Assembly (NCBI GenBank): GCA_038231435.1
Contig: JBBRLJ010000001.1
Location: 128,001 to 192,000 of the forward strand
Source of the DNA: Planctomycetota bacterium
Lineage (GTDB): Bacteria; Planctomycetota; UBA11346
Length of the DNA stretch: 64,000 bases
Reading direction: 5' to 3'
Below the pieces are notes generated by a model, which saw nothing but the letters and a program-made list of their open reading frames with translations, was not told the origin of the DNA and searched no databases. Positions 53,866 to 63,794 of the stretch are shown one piece after another (positions within the stretch are counted from its first letter, which is position 1; every line of letters starts with the position of its first letter). A program made the position numbers and the translations under genes.

Positions 53866-56450
53866 GCCGATGCCGCCTCGAGCGGCAGCGACTGCGCCCC
53901 CTGCCCGGGCGCCGCGAGCGCGACGATGTCGTGGATCACGCGCGGCAACTGCAGGTCACCGCGCGAGAACAGGTAACGCGGCTCCCACACCGGATGGAAG
54001 GTCTCCATGAACGAGCGCAGGGCGGCGAGGCTCGCGAAGTGCTCGCCATGGGCGAACACCCGCCGTCCCAGCCTGGCGCCGGTCATGGCGAGCGCGCCGG
54101 TCGCGGTCGGAGCCGAGACGCCACGCAGCGGCGCCATGCCCAGGCTGAACCAGGTGAAGCCCTCGGCGTGACCCCAGGCCATCACCGCATCGAACAGCGG
54201 AGCGAGCAGGCCCTGGGGCGCATCCGGGGCGATGCGCACCAGGTCGAGGCTGAGCTCGGTGCGCGCGCTCGCCGTCCATACGCTGGCGAAGGCGACGATG
54301 ACGCCGGCCTGCCGCACCACCGCGGTCGGGAAGCGCGCGAGCCACGACGGATCGAAATGGCCATGCGCGAAGCCGTCGTCGGCCTGGCGCGGATGTGCCG
54401 CGATCCAGGCGTCGGCGACGCGCTTGAGTTCGGGCAGGAGCGCGAGCGTGAGCTCGGGCGGAACCACCTCGAGCGCGCAGCCGATCTCCTCGAGCCGGCC
54501 TGGCTTCGCGACGCTGGCAAGGCTGCCGCCGATGCGGTGGAACGCCAGCGGCACGCGTGCCTCGTCGCCGATCGCCACCGGGGACAAGCCGAGATCGGCA
54601 TACAGCGAGCATTCACGGACCTGGTAGAACACTGGCCGGCCATCGTGATGGTCGCAGAGCTCGCGGAAGCGCCAAGCCAGCTCGAGCCGCTGTTCCGGCG
54701 GCCCCACCGGATCGCCGAGCGCGACGTAGCTGCGGCCTTCGACGCGGTACATCACGAAGGCCTCGCCGTCTTCGCTGAAGAGCAGCTGCTTGTCGCCGAG
54801 CAGCGCGAGGTTCGCGAGCGTGTCGGGCGAGGCGTGCGCGATGCGCGCCGCGCGCTCGAGCTCGGCGGCGCTCGGTGGCGGGATCGGCTGTTCGTCAGGC
54901 TTGAATGCGCGGGCGCAGGCGACCGCGGCGGTGGCGGCCAGCGCGGCGGCGAAAGCGCGCAGCGCGCGCGCCGCATCGTCACCGGGCGCGAAGGTCGTCC
55001 ACAGCTGGGCTGACCACTCGACATGCTTGTAGGCGAACGCGCCACACCCGGCAGCCGCGAGCAGCACCAGGGCGAAACAGGCGATCCAGCCGGGGATGAA
55101 TTCCACGCTGCCGAGTCCGATGCCACGGTGGAAATCGCGGCGGCACGGCAGCAGCGCGGTGAGCAGCAGCAGCAGCGCAGCCGCCTCCTCCCAGGCGAAC
55201 CCGCGCAAAAGCGAGAGCGCCGCGCCGGCGACCAGCAGCAGTGCGGAGAGGCGCCAAGCGGCGAGCAGCTTGCGCTGCAGCCCGCGCGCGGCGAACAGCA
55301 GCGCCATGCCGAGCGCGCCGCACAGCGCATGCGCCGACTCCGAGATCATCGGCGGCACCCATAGCGCCAGCTGCTGGGCGCGGGCGGGGTCGCTCGGCAG
55401 CACCGATCCCAAGACCAGGGTGGCGCCGGCAAGCACCGCGCAGGCGGCCATGATGTGCCGCACCGCCAGGCCGAAGCGCGAGCCGATGCCGGCGACGGCG
55501 CCGCGCACATTCTCGGCGCGCGTCGACAGCTCGAAGCAGCCGAGCATCAGCGCCGCCGCCATCAGCGGCACCAGGTAGTACACGCCACGGTAGACCGCCA
55601 GGGCGCCGAGCGTCGCGGGCGACGACGCCGCGGCCGGCACCAGCACCAGGAACACGCCCTCGAGGACGCCGAGGCCTCCGGGCACCTGGCTGATCTTGCC
55701 GGCGACCATCGCCAGCAGGTAGGCGCCGAGGAAGGCCGGGTAGCTCAGGCCGATATCCGCTGGCAGCAGGATGTAGAGCACCAGACCGCGCAGCGACATC
55801 TCGATGGCCCCCAGGGCGATCTGCGCGGCGCTCATCGCCGGAGTCGGCATGCGCAAGCTCCAACCCTTGATGGTCAGCGGCCGGCGCAGCGCGATGGAGG
55901 CGATGAGCCAGGCGCCGGGCACAATCAGGAACAATCCCCCGAGCACACGCGCCGACGCGAACGGCAGGTGCAGCGACGCCACCAGGGGCGGCGGCTCGAT
56001 CACGAACACCATTCCAGCCAGCGCCAGGAACCCGACCCAGAAACCGACGAAGCAGAAGGCGATGACCAGCGCGATCTCGACCGCCGACAATCCGCTGGCC
56101 GAATAGAGCCGGTAGCGCACCGAGCCGCCCACCAGCAGGGCATTGCCGAGCGTGTGTGTGAAGGCGTGGCCGATGAACGATCCCATCGCCACCCGTCGCC
56201 AGGGCAGCGGATGGCCGGCGTGACGGCACGCCAGCTGATCGTACAGGGTCAGGACGAGGTAGCCGGCGCCGGTGAGAGCCACTGCCGCGCCGATGGTCAG
56301 CCACGAGATCGCGCGGATGGATTCGCGCAGCGACGGAAAATCGGTGCCGCGCGCGACGTGATGCAGGACACCGATCGCGAACGCGAACAGCACCACCCCC
56401 AGCAGGGGCCCGAGCCGGCGCTTCCACGCGCTGGTCCACGCACGACTCAC
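53862..56450 (-). CDS. mprF: MprF-type aminoacyl-phosphatidylglycerol flippase/synthase
   Basis: GGSVRYRLY, VPGGLGVLE, YRGVYY, LALLGDK, GDPVGP, LDLVR, LGMAPL, WEPRYL. Confidence 0.9.
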   Translation of the reverse strand: MSRAWTSAWKRRLGPLLGVVLFAFAIGVLHHVARGTDFPSLRESIRAISWLTIGAAVALTGAGYLVLTLYDQLACRHAGHPLPWRRVAMGSFIGHAFTHTLGNALLVGGSVRYRLYSASGLSAVEIALVIAFCFVGFWVGFLALAGMVFVIEPPPLVASLHLPFASARVLGGLFLIVPGAWLIASIALRRPLTIKGWSLRMPTPAMSAAQIALGAIEMSLRGLVLYILLPADIGLSYPAFLGAYLLAMVAGKISQVPGGLGVLEGVFLVLVPAAASSPATLGALAVYRGVYYLVPLMAAALMLGCFELSTRAENVRGAVAGIGSRFGLAVRHIMAACAVLAGATLVLGSVLPSDPARAQQLALWVPPMISESAHALCGALGMALLFAARGLQRKLLAAWRLSALLLVAGAALSLLRGFAWEEAAALLLLLTALLPCRRDFHRGIGLGSVEFIPGWIACFALVLLAAAGCGAFAYKHVEWSAQLWTTFAPGDDAARALRAFAAALAATAAVACARAFKPDEQPIPPPSAAELERAARIAHASPDTLANLALLGDKQLLFSEDGEAFVMYRVEGRSYVALGDPVGPPEQRLELAWRFRELCDHHDGRPVFYQVRECSLYADLGLSPVAIGDEARVPLAFHRIGGSLASVAKPGRLEEIGCALEVVPPELTLALLPELKRVADAWIAAHPRQADDGFAHGHFDPSWLARFPTAVVRQAGVIVAFASVWTASARTELSLDLVRIAPDAPQGLLAPLFDAVMAWGHAEGFTWFSLGMAPLRGVSAPTATGALAMTGARLGRRVFAHGEHFASLAALRSFMETFHPVWEPRYLFSRGDLQLPRVIHDIVALAAPGQGAQSLPLEAASA

Positions 56451-56664
56451 GGGCGACGGCTCATAGAGAACGACTCATGGCGGGGACCTGTCGGAAGTAT
56501 GCCCCTGGGAACCCTCGGCGCAGCAGCATTGTCGCGAAGTTGCCGCAGTCAGCCCCGATCGAATGCCGTGTGCATGTGGAAGCACCGAGGAAGCAGTTCC
56601 GATGCGTCCAGGAGCCTCTGTCGTAGCGCTCTACGCTGAGGGCATAGCCGCGACCACCTCCGCT

Positions 56665-56766
56665 ATGGCCCCCTTCCACACGGTCATCGCGGATTGGTTC
56701 CGCGCCTGCCTCGGCGAGCCGACGTCGATGCAGGCGCTAGCCTGGGAGCGCCGCGCCAATCGCTGA
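56665..56766 (+). pseudogene. Remnant of an Lhr-family helicase N-terminus
   Basis: MAPFHTVIADWFRACLGEPTSMQALAW then stop; matches the FHxxVxxWF...PTxxQxxAW start of Lhr helicases. Confidence 0.5.
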
Positions 56767-56857
56767 CCGACGATGCCGGAGCGTTGCGGACGCGAATTCA
56801 CCCGCGTGGTGCTGGGCCAGGCGACGCCGAGAGCTCGCCTTGTGCAGCTGACGTGGG

Positions 56858-57556
56858 CTAGCAGCGGAGAGCAGCCGAAGGGGTGCTGCCGGCCACCTCG
56901 GCGAGCCACGTGGCAATCTCCCTCGCATGGGTCAGCGCAAGCACATGCGGAGCGGAAGGGATGATGCGCTGCGCGCAGGTCCGACCCGCCGGCATCAGGC
57001 GATCCGACGAGCCGTGGATCTGCGCGATGGGCACGGCCAGATCGCCGGCCCCCTCCCAGCGGACGGACGCCCACGCGGCCCAACGCATGAAGCCGGCGCC
57101 GACCGAACGCACCATCTCCACGTGCAGCGCGCGCACCGCCGGATCGTGGATCCCGAGCGCGTAGCGGCAGAATACCGACACCGGCAGGCGCGCGGTCAGG
57201 AATCTCGAGGGCATCACCAGGCGCAGCGGTTCGAGCGAGCGGAACCACCACGCCACCTGCGCGGGATGGCGGCAGCTGCCGATCAGCGCCACCCCGCGCA
57301 CGCGGACGGTTTTCGCGATCTCGAGCGCCAGCATGCCGCCGAAGGACGATCCGCCGATAACCGCGTCGGGACCGAGCGCCAATGAACGCGCGCAACGCAG
57401 CGCGTACTCGCGTAGCGGCTCGCGAGGGCCGGGTTCGAGCCACGGCGGACGCTCGATGCCGGGGATGAACGCCGCGAGCTGGTCGTACATGCGCGCGTCC
57501 GAACCCATGCCCGGATACAAGACGATGCGAGGCGCGCCCGCGACGGTCAGGATCAC
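56858..57556 (-). CDS. Alpha/beta hydrolase (thioesterase-like)
   Basis: PGMGSD, GSSFGG nucleophile elbow, IHGSSD, terminal His; GTG overlaps the upstream stop. Confidence 0.85.
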   Translation of the reverse strand: MILTVAGAPRIVLYPGMGSDARMYDQLAAFIPGIERPPWLEPGPREPLREYALRCARSLALGPDAVIGGSSFGGMLALEIAKTVRVRGVALIGSCRHPAQVAWWFRSLEPLRLVMPSRFLTARLPVSVFCRYALGIHDPAVRALHVEMVRSVGAGFMRWAAWASVRWEGAGDLAVPIAQIHGSSDRLMPAGRTCAQRIIPSAPHVLALTHAREIATWLAEVAGSTPSAALRC

Positions 57557-58092
57557 GCCCGCGCGGCCACCACCGCGTCGATCGCCTCGGCGGTCCCGCG
57601 GTGGCGGCCGTGGTGGCTGAGCTCCGGAATAGTGACGCTGAAGCCGTGGTCGCGCACATCGACAACCTTGCCGCGCTCGGGAGACAGCGGCCACGGTTCG
57701 GAGGGCTTGCCGCGCAGCGATACCTCGATCACCCACGGACGGCCGAAGCGCGAGGCCTCGTAACCAGAGATCTTGCGCACCTGCAACGGCTGGCCGGCCC
57801 ACTCGCCGCTCGCGCGCCAACCGCCGACATCCTCGCTGAAGGTGAAACCACGGCGTGCCAGCTCCTCGCGCACCTCGCGGTCGGACAGTTCGGCTCCCGA
57901 GCGGCGCGGAATCGCCAACAGCGCCAAGCCGACGACCAGCGCGGTCACCCCGATGGCGGTGAGCGGCAGCGCGGGCAGGGCGACATGGCTCGCAAGCTTG
58001 GCGATGGTGGGAAGCCAGGCCTGCGATTGCACGGCCAGATACGCGCCGGCGAGGATCAGCACCAGTCCGAGGAAGCGCATGTCGACGAGCAT
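57553..58092 (-). CDS. Hypothetical membrane protein
   Basis: Two N-terminal TM segments; GGAG upstream. Confidence 0.6.
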   Translation of the reverse strand: MLVDMRFLGLVLILAGAYLAVQSQAWLPTIAKLASHVALPALPLTAIGVTALVVGLALLAIPRRSGAELSDREVREELARRGFTFSEDVGGWRASGEWAGQPLQVRKISGYEASRFGRPWVIEVSLRGKPSEPWPLSPERGKVVDVRDHGFSVTIPELSHHGRHRGTAEAIDAVVAARA

Positions 58093-58180
58093 GCTCCACG
58101 CGCGGCGCCCACCAAGGGCTACTTGGTCGGCTCCCCGCAGCTGCAAGGGACGGTCGCCCTGAGGCGCGGAGATGCCTGAT

Positions 58181-61009
58181 TCAGGGAGCGGAGTCCTGAG
58201 CATCGAGCGAATCCGCGAGCAGCCGCCAGACATGGCGGTATTCCACCCCCGCGGCCGCGCTCATCGCCCCCGCGCACAGCGAGCTGCTGCATGCGCCCAC
58301 CCGCGCGCCGGTATCGCGCGCGGCATGGGCCTCGCGCGCGGTGGCGCTCGCGGTGAGGTCCGGGACCAGCCAGCCGCGGTCTCCGGCCATGCCGCAGCAG
58401 CCCGTCGTCGATGGCAGCGACGCCTTGTCGGTGGTGGCGCGCACCGCGCTGGCGAGATCAGTGTCCCAGCCGCGCTTGAGCTCGGAACAGGTCGGATGCA
58501 TCACCACCTGCGCGAGCCGCTTGCGCAGCCGGCCATCCAGGCGCGGCAGCAGCTCGCGCGCGGCGAAGGTCGCCGGATCGATGACGCGCAGCCGCGACCA
58601 CGCCAGCGCCTCGGCCCCATCGAGCGTGTCGGCCGCATGCGCGAGCTGCGCTGCGCAGGTGCTGGTGTCGCTCACCACCGCGAGCCCACCATCAGCGGTC
58701 TCTGCGCTCGCGAGCGCTGCGCGCGCCGTGCGTGCGGAGATGTCGCGATACGCGTTGGAGAAGCCCTTGCTGGCGAACGGCTGGCCGCAGCACAGCGACG
58801 CCGCCTGGTGCGGGACCACCAGCCCGATGCCCGCGGCGCGAGCCAGCGCCGCCAGCGCGTGGCCGACGTCGTCGGGCCCGGCGGCGCGCGCGATGCAGGT
58901 GGGCAGATAGACGAAGGTCGGCCGACCGGGCGCGGCCACGGGCCAGGAGCGCGGCAGCCGCCGCGCGGGCGGGGGCAGGGGCACCTCGGCGCCAGGCACC
59001 GCGCGGATGCCGAGGCCGCGCGCGATCGCCAGCGCGCCGCGCGCGGCGCCCGCGACCACGGCGAAATGTCGAGCCGCGAAACCGGCGGCTGCGAGCGCGG
59101 GCCAGGCGTGTGCGCGCGCGCGCTCGGCCTTGATCAGATCGCCGGTGTCGATGTCGACCGGGCACGCGGAGGCGCACATGCCGTCAGCGGCGCAGGTGTC
59201 CACCGCGCGGCGCGTCCATACGCGTTCGATCGCTGCGCGCTCCAGCGGCGTCCCTGACGACTTCACGCGCAGCATGGCGATGCGCTGGCGCGGGCTCATG
59301 GTCAAGTCGCGGCTCGGGCACACCGGTTCGCAGAATCCGCACTCGATGCAGCGGTCGACCAGCGGATCGACCGGCGCCAGGACCTTCAGATGCCGCACGT
59401 GCGCGTCGGGATCCGATCCGAGGAGCACGCCCGGATTGAGGATGCCCAGCGGATCGAGCAGCTGCTTCACCTCGCGCATGCGCGCCACCGCGTCGGCGCC
59501 CCACTGGCGCTCGACGAACGGCGCCATGTTTCGCCCGGTTCCGTGCTCGGCCTTGAGATGCCCGCCGTGCGCGAGCACCACGTCGACCAGCTCGCGCATG
59601 AATGCGTCGTAGCGCGCGACCTCGCTCGGCCGCGAGAAGTCCGGCGTGAGCGTGAAGTGGAGATTGCCGTCCTTGGCATGGCCGAAGAGCACGGCGTCGT
59701 CATAGGTGTGCGCGGCGAACAGCGCGCGCAGGGCGCGCATGCCCTTGGCCAGGACCGCCAAGGGGAAGGTCACGTCCTCGATCACCACCGCCGTGCCCGC
59801 AGCGCGCACCGCGCCGACCGATGGGAACAGCCCCTTGCGCACCGCCCAATATCGCGCTTGCAGCGCCGCATCGCGGGTGAACTCGGCGCACGAAATCAGC
59901 GGCAGCGCAGCGAGCAGGAGCGACGCGCGGGCGACCCGCTGGTCGAGCGCAGCCTCGCGGTCCTCCTGGAACTCCACCAGCAACGCCGCCGGCTGCCCGG
60001 CTGGGAGCGCGCCGGGCAGCTTGTGCGCCACGCGCCGCATGGACGGCGCATCGAGGATCTCGACCGCGGCCGCTCCGGCGGCGGCCAAGGCCGGCACCGC
60101 TTCGGCGGCGTCCTCGACCGACGCGAACAGCATCCAGGCGGTGGCGCGGAAGCGCGGCAGCGGAATGGTGGAGAAGACCGCATCGGCGATGAACGCGAGC
60201 GTGCCCTCGGATCCGACCACCAGGCGCTGCAGGATGCCGGCCGGCGTGTCGGCGTCGAGGAAGGCGTTGAGGCTGTAGCCGACGGTGTTCTTGGTGGCGA
60301 AGGCGGTGGCGATCCGCGCCGATAGCGCGGCGTCGCCGCGGATGGCGTCGCGCAGCGCCAACAGCCCGTGAGCCAGTTCGGGCCGATCCGCGGCCAGGCG
60401 CTGATCGGCGTCGCCCGCGCCGGTCGAGATGCGGTAGCCGTCGGCGAGCACCAGATCGAGGCTGGAGACGGTGTGATAGCTGTTGGCGGCGACGCCGCAG
60501 CACATGCCCGAGGCGTTGTTGGCGACGATGCCGCCGATCTCGGCGGCCTGGATGCTCGCGGGATCCGGTCCGATCTTGCGCCCGTACGGCGCGAGCGCGG
60601 CATTCACGTGCGCGCCGACAGCGCCTGGCTGGCAGGCAACGCGCGCGCCGCCGTCAAGGACGCGGATGCGGCGCAGATGTCGGCTGACCACCACCAGGAT
60701 GCCGTCGGTGACCGCCTGCCCGGATAGGCTGGTGCCGCCGGCGCGGAAGCACACCGGTACCTTGGCGCGCGCGGCGCACGCCAGGATCGCATGCACGTCG
60801 GCGATGTGACGGGGGATCGCGACCACGCGCGGCACCATCCGGTAGATGCTCGCGTCCCCGGCCCACTGCAGCCGGTCGGCGAGATCGCCGAGCGCGACCT
60901 CGGGACCGGTAGCGGCGCGCAGCGCGGCGCACAGCGGATCGGAGTCCGCTTCCAGGCCCTGGATCGCCGAGATGGCGTGATGCTGGTCGGAAGCTGCGAC
61001 CTGGATCAC
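58181..61009 (-). CDS. FAD- and Fe-S-binding D-lactate dehydrogenase-like protein
   Basis: DASIY, RAGGTSLSGQ, NNASGMCCG, GHAKDGNLHF, KAEHGTGR, CIECGFCEPVCP, CAADGMC, two CCG motifs. Confidence 0.9.
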   Translation of the reverse strand: MIQVAASDQHHAISAIQGLEADSDPLCAALRAATGPEVALGDLADRLQWAGDASIYRMVPRVVAIPRHIADVHAILACAARAKVPVCFRAGGTSLSGQAVTDGILVVVSRHLRRIRVLDGGARVACQPGAVGAHVNAALAPYGRKIGPDPASIQAAEIGGIVANNASGMCCGVAANSYHTVSSLDLVLADGYRISTGAGDADQRLAADRPELAHGLLALRDAIRGDAALSARIATAFATKNTVGYSLNAFLDADTPAGILQRLVVGSEGTLAFIADAVFSTIPLPRFRATAWMLFASVEDAAEAVPALAAAGAAAVEILDAPSMRRVAHKLPGALPAGQPAALLVEFQEDREAALDQRVARASLLLAALPLISCAEFTRDAALQARYWAVRKGLFPSVGAVRAAGTAVVIEDVTFPLAVLAKGMRALRALFAAHTYDDAVLFGHAKDGNLHFTLTPDFSRPSEVARYDAFMRELVDVVLAHGGHLKAEHGTGRNMAPFVERQWGADAVARMREVKQLLDPLGILNPGVLLGSDPDAHVRHLKVLAPVDPLVDRCIECGFCEPVCPSRDLTMSPRQRIAMLRVKSSGTPLERAAIERVWTRRAVDTCAADGMCASACPVDIDTGDLIKAERARAHAWPALAAAGFAARHFAVVAGAARGALAIARGLGIRAVPGAEVPLPPPARRLPRSWPVAAPGRPTFVYLPTCIARAAGPDDVGHALAALARAAGIGLVVPHQAASLCCGQPFASKGFSNAYRDISARTARAALASAETADGGLAVVSDTSTCAAQLAHAADTLDGAEALAWSRLRVIDPATFAARELLPRLDGRLRKRLAQVVMHPTCSELKRGWDTDLASAVRATTDKASLPSTTGCCGMAGDRGWLVPDLTASATAREAHAARDTGARVGACSSSLCAGAMSAAAGVEYRHVWRLLADSLDAQDSAP

Positions 61010-61677
61010 GGCACGTCGAGCAGCTTGTTGAGGCTGGCGAGCAGGCGCTCGTTGTAGGTCTGCAGGGCCTTGGCGTCGGCGAGACGTTCGTCGTCGTGCC
61101 CGGTGGCGCTCTCGTACTGCGGGATGACGCGCTCGAGCATGTCTTTCGCCGACAGGAAACGGCCGCGGGCCTGGCGCAGGTGGTCGCGCGTCTCGGGCAC
61201 CAGCTCGTTCTCCTTCGGCTTGGCGAGCCGGTAATGATCCAGTCCCAATTGGAAATCGATCTCGGCATCGGCGAGCGAGCGCTCGAGCCGCTTGAGATCT
61301 ACCGCCGGCACCTGCGCAGGCTTGGGCACGGCATCAGGCTGCGCCGCGGGCTTGGCTGGCGTGCCGGTGGCCTTGTCGCGCGCGCTGAGCTTGCTGCTCC
61401 ACCAGCGCGAAGTCTGGTCGACCAGGCCGTTGTCGCCCCACAGCGCATCGTTCGCCTTGTTCGAGGCGTTGAGCGCGCCATCGAGCACCGGCTGGGCGCT
61501 CGCCATGCCCGGACGCCACCAGGCGGTATCGAAGATGCGGAAGGAGAAGTGGCCGTCCTTGCGCCAGTTCAGCACCGTCACCCAGGCGAGCGTCGCGGCG
61601 AAGGCGAGCAGGACGAGGATCACGAAGGCCTTCACCAGCGCATGCGAGTGGGCCGATTTCGGTGGGGCATCAGCCAT
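61006..61677 (-). CDS. Hypothetical membrane-anchored protein
   Basis: N-terminal TM, helical C-terminus; tightly coupled to neighbours. Confidence 0.65.
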   Translation of the reverse strand: MADAPPKSAHSHALVKAFVILVLLAFAATLAWVTVLNWRKDGHFSFRIFDTAWWRPGMASAQPVLDGALNASNKANDALWGDNGLVDQTSRWWSSKLSARDKATGTPAKPAAQPDAVPKPAQVPAVDLKRLERSLADAEIDFQLGLDHYRLAKPKENELVPETRDHLRQARGRFLSAKDMLERVIPQYESATGHDDERLADAKALQTYNERLLASLNKLLDVP

Positions 61678-61679
61678 GG

Positions 61680-62354
61680 TCAGCGAGTCCGTCCGTCGGG
61701 TGGAGATGAGTCGGGTGATGTGGCCGATGATGCTGCTGGAGATGCTGGCGGCTTCGCCTGCAGTCCGGTCCCTGGGGATGCATGTCCGGTGGGTGATAAC
61801 GCTGCGAGCGCGCGCTCGATCCGATCACGGCTCTCCTCGACGCTGCTGCCGATCAGGTCTTCGGCGGCGATGGTGCCATCGGGCGCGACCAGGAACAGAG
61901 CGGGGATCGAGCGCACCCGCCACGGAGCGAGCGCCGGATCGTCGAAGCCGAGCGGCAGGATGGACACCGGCCAATCGATGTGGTGCCGAGCGAGGAACGG
62001 AGGCAGGTCGGCGCGGGTTTCGGGCCGCTCGAGCGCCACGCCGATGAGCGTCAGGCCGTCACCGGCATGTGCCTCGGCGACTGCGGCCACCGCCGGGGCG
62101 GCGATTCGCGCGCACGGCGGGCACCACGAGGCGAAGAACTCGACCAGCACCGGACGTCCGCGCAATGCCGCCAGGTCAACTCCGGCGACCGGGTCGCACA
62201 GCGCCGGTGCCGGTCGGCCGAGCGGCAGCGTCGGATGACGGCGTTGCACCGCCCACACCGACAATGCCGCGGCGAGCACGATGACCACGACTGCCGCCAT
62301 CCCGGGGAGGCCCGAGCTGCGTGGGACAGGCGCGGATGCCGGCGCATCGACCAT
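61680..62354 (-). CDS. TlpA-family thioredoxin, membrane-anchored
   Basis: VLVEFFASWCPPC, VRSIP; N-terminal TM; start inferred at 62354. Confidence 0.85.
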   Translation of the reverse strand: MVDAPASAPVPRSSGLPGMAAVVVIVLAAALSVWAVQRRHPTLPLGRPAPALCDPVAGVDLAALRGRPVLVEFFASWCPPCARIAAPAVAAVAEAHAGDGLTLIGVALERPETRADLPPFLARHHIDWPVSILPLGFDDPALAPWRVRSIPALFLVAPDGTIAAEDLIGSSVEESRDRIERALAALSPTGHASPGTGLQAKPPASPAASSATSPDSSPPDGRTR

Positions 62355-62365
62355 GGCCGGCGAGG

Positions 62366-63601
62366 TCAAGGGATCGCGTCGGGCTCGGGAGCGGCGGCAT
62401 GCGTAGCGCGGCCCGCGGGCGCGGGCGCCGCCGGGCTGGCCTGCCCAGCGAGCAACGGGGCGAGCGCGTCCTCGAGATTCTTCTCGGTCTCCTGGTCGCT
62501 CGCGCCGATGAGATCGACGGCGGCGACGCGGCCATTCGCGCCGACCAGGATCAACGTGGGGATCTTGTCGACATGCCAGGCATCGTCGACCTCGCTGTCC
62601 CAACCGAGGGCGTCCCCGACCACCGGATAGCCGACACCGTTGGCGGCGATGTAGGCCGGGATCTGGTCGAAGGTGTCCTTGGTGTCGAGCGAGACGCCGA
62701 TGGTCGCGAGCTCGCTCGCGTGCTTGGCGGCGAATGCGGCGATCGCGGGCGCGGCCGCCACGCAGGGCTTGCACCAGGTGGCGAAGAAATCGATCAGCAC
62801 CGGCTTGCCTTTGAAGGCGCCGAGATCGACCTCGCCCGGCTGGCCATCGAGACGCTTGAGCTTGAGTGGCGGCGCCGCCTCGCCGACCAGTTTCTGACCG
62901 CTGGTGAGCGCGGATTCCGCAACCTCGGCCGCGGCTGGATCCCCCTGCCGTTCGAGCAGCCAGGCCTGGACCTCGTCGGGCTTCTTGCCGATCTCCTCCA
63001 TGCCCAGCAGGCGCAGGTGGTAGACCGGCACCCGTTCCTCGGCGGGCAGATCCTTGAGCAGCGCCAGCGCGAGGTCGTACTGCGCGAGCGCATCGTCGGG
63101 CGCGACCACCTTGTGGTCCTTGTCCTTCACCGCGAGCAGCCGCTGCGCCTCGCCGCTGTGGGCGCGAGCCGCGACGCGGGCGCCGAGATCGCCGAACGGC
63201 TTGATGGTGGCGAGCACCGAGGGCATGGTGGCGGGATCGGCCGCCTGCGTGAAGCGCAGCTGCCACGACGCGACCCAAGCCAGGCCGGCGCGATCGCGTT
63301 GCGCGGCGGTGAGCCCGGCGGTGCCGAGCGATTCGGCGATGATCTTCTCGCACTCGTCGGGTTTCAGCGCGTCGAGCCAGGCCTCGGCGAGGGCGAGCTT
63401 GAGGTCGACGATCTCGGCGGGTGAGAGTCCGAGATCCTCGTGCATGACGCCGTCGATGGCCTTGGCGCGCGCCTGGCTGCCGGGCTCTTGGAGCTCGTCC
63501 GGCTTGAGGTTCTGGTCGACCATGTCCAGCACCTCGGCGACCGAGGCGGCCGGGACGGACGCGGCGAGAGAGACCAGCAGGGCGCAGGCGATCAGGCGCA
63601 T
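62366..63601 (-). CDS. Exported TlpA-family disulfide reductase with helical N-terminal domain
   Basis: Signal peptide, VLIDFFATWCKPC, VDKIPT. Confidence 0.88.
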   Translation of the reverse strand: MRLIACALLVSLAASVPAASVAEVLDMVDQNLKPDELQEPGSQARAKAIDGVMHEDLGLSPAEIVDLKLALAEAWLDALKPDECEKIIAESLGTAGLTAAQRDRAGLAWVASWQLRFTQAADPATMPSVLATIKPFGDLGARVAARAHSGEAQRLLAVKDKDHKVVAPDDALAQYDLALALLKDLPAEERVPVYHLRLLGMEEIGKKPDEVQAWLLERQGDPAAAEVAESALTSGQKLVGEAAPPLKLKRLDGQPGEVDLGAFKGKPVLIDFFATWCKPCVAAAPAIAAFAAKHASELATIGVSLDTKDTFDQIPAYIAANGVGYPVVGDALGWDSEVDDAWHVDKIPTLILVGANGRVAAVDLIGASDQETEKNLEDALAPLLAGQASPAAPAPAGRATHAAAPEPDAIP

Positions 63602-63654
63602 GGCTTGATGATGCAGTGCCGGACGGGGCGAGGAAGCGGGGCTTGGGCCGGATT

Positions 63655-63750
63655 GATCCGTGGTCCGTGGACCGTCGTCCGTCATCGACGACTGACGGCA
63701 CGCCGATACGAGGACGCCGGAGTCGCAATCTGGCTGTCCGACGACGGACG
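63655..63750. repeat. Intergenic SGTCCGT-type heptamer repeats in both orientations
   Basis: gatccgt ggtccgt ggaccgt cgtccgt (63655-63682); inverse copies actgacg (63691) and acggacg (63744). Confidence 0.65.
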
Positions 63751-63794
63751 ACGACCAGCACCCGACCGTCCCCGGCCGCTCGGCCCTTGCCCAG

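Noticed and set aside
692..63761. Many long overlapping or antisense ORFs in the track (e.g. 747..2408, 18565..20892, 34874..37510, 37934..40381)
   Set aside because: Arg/Ala/Gly/Pro-rich shadow frames of motif-supported genes, expected in high-GC DNA
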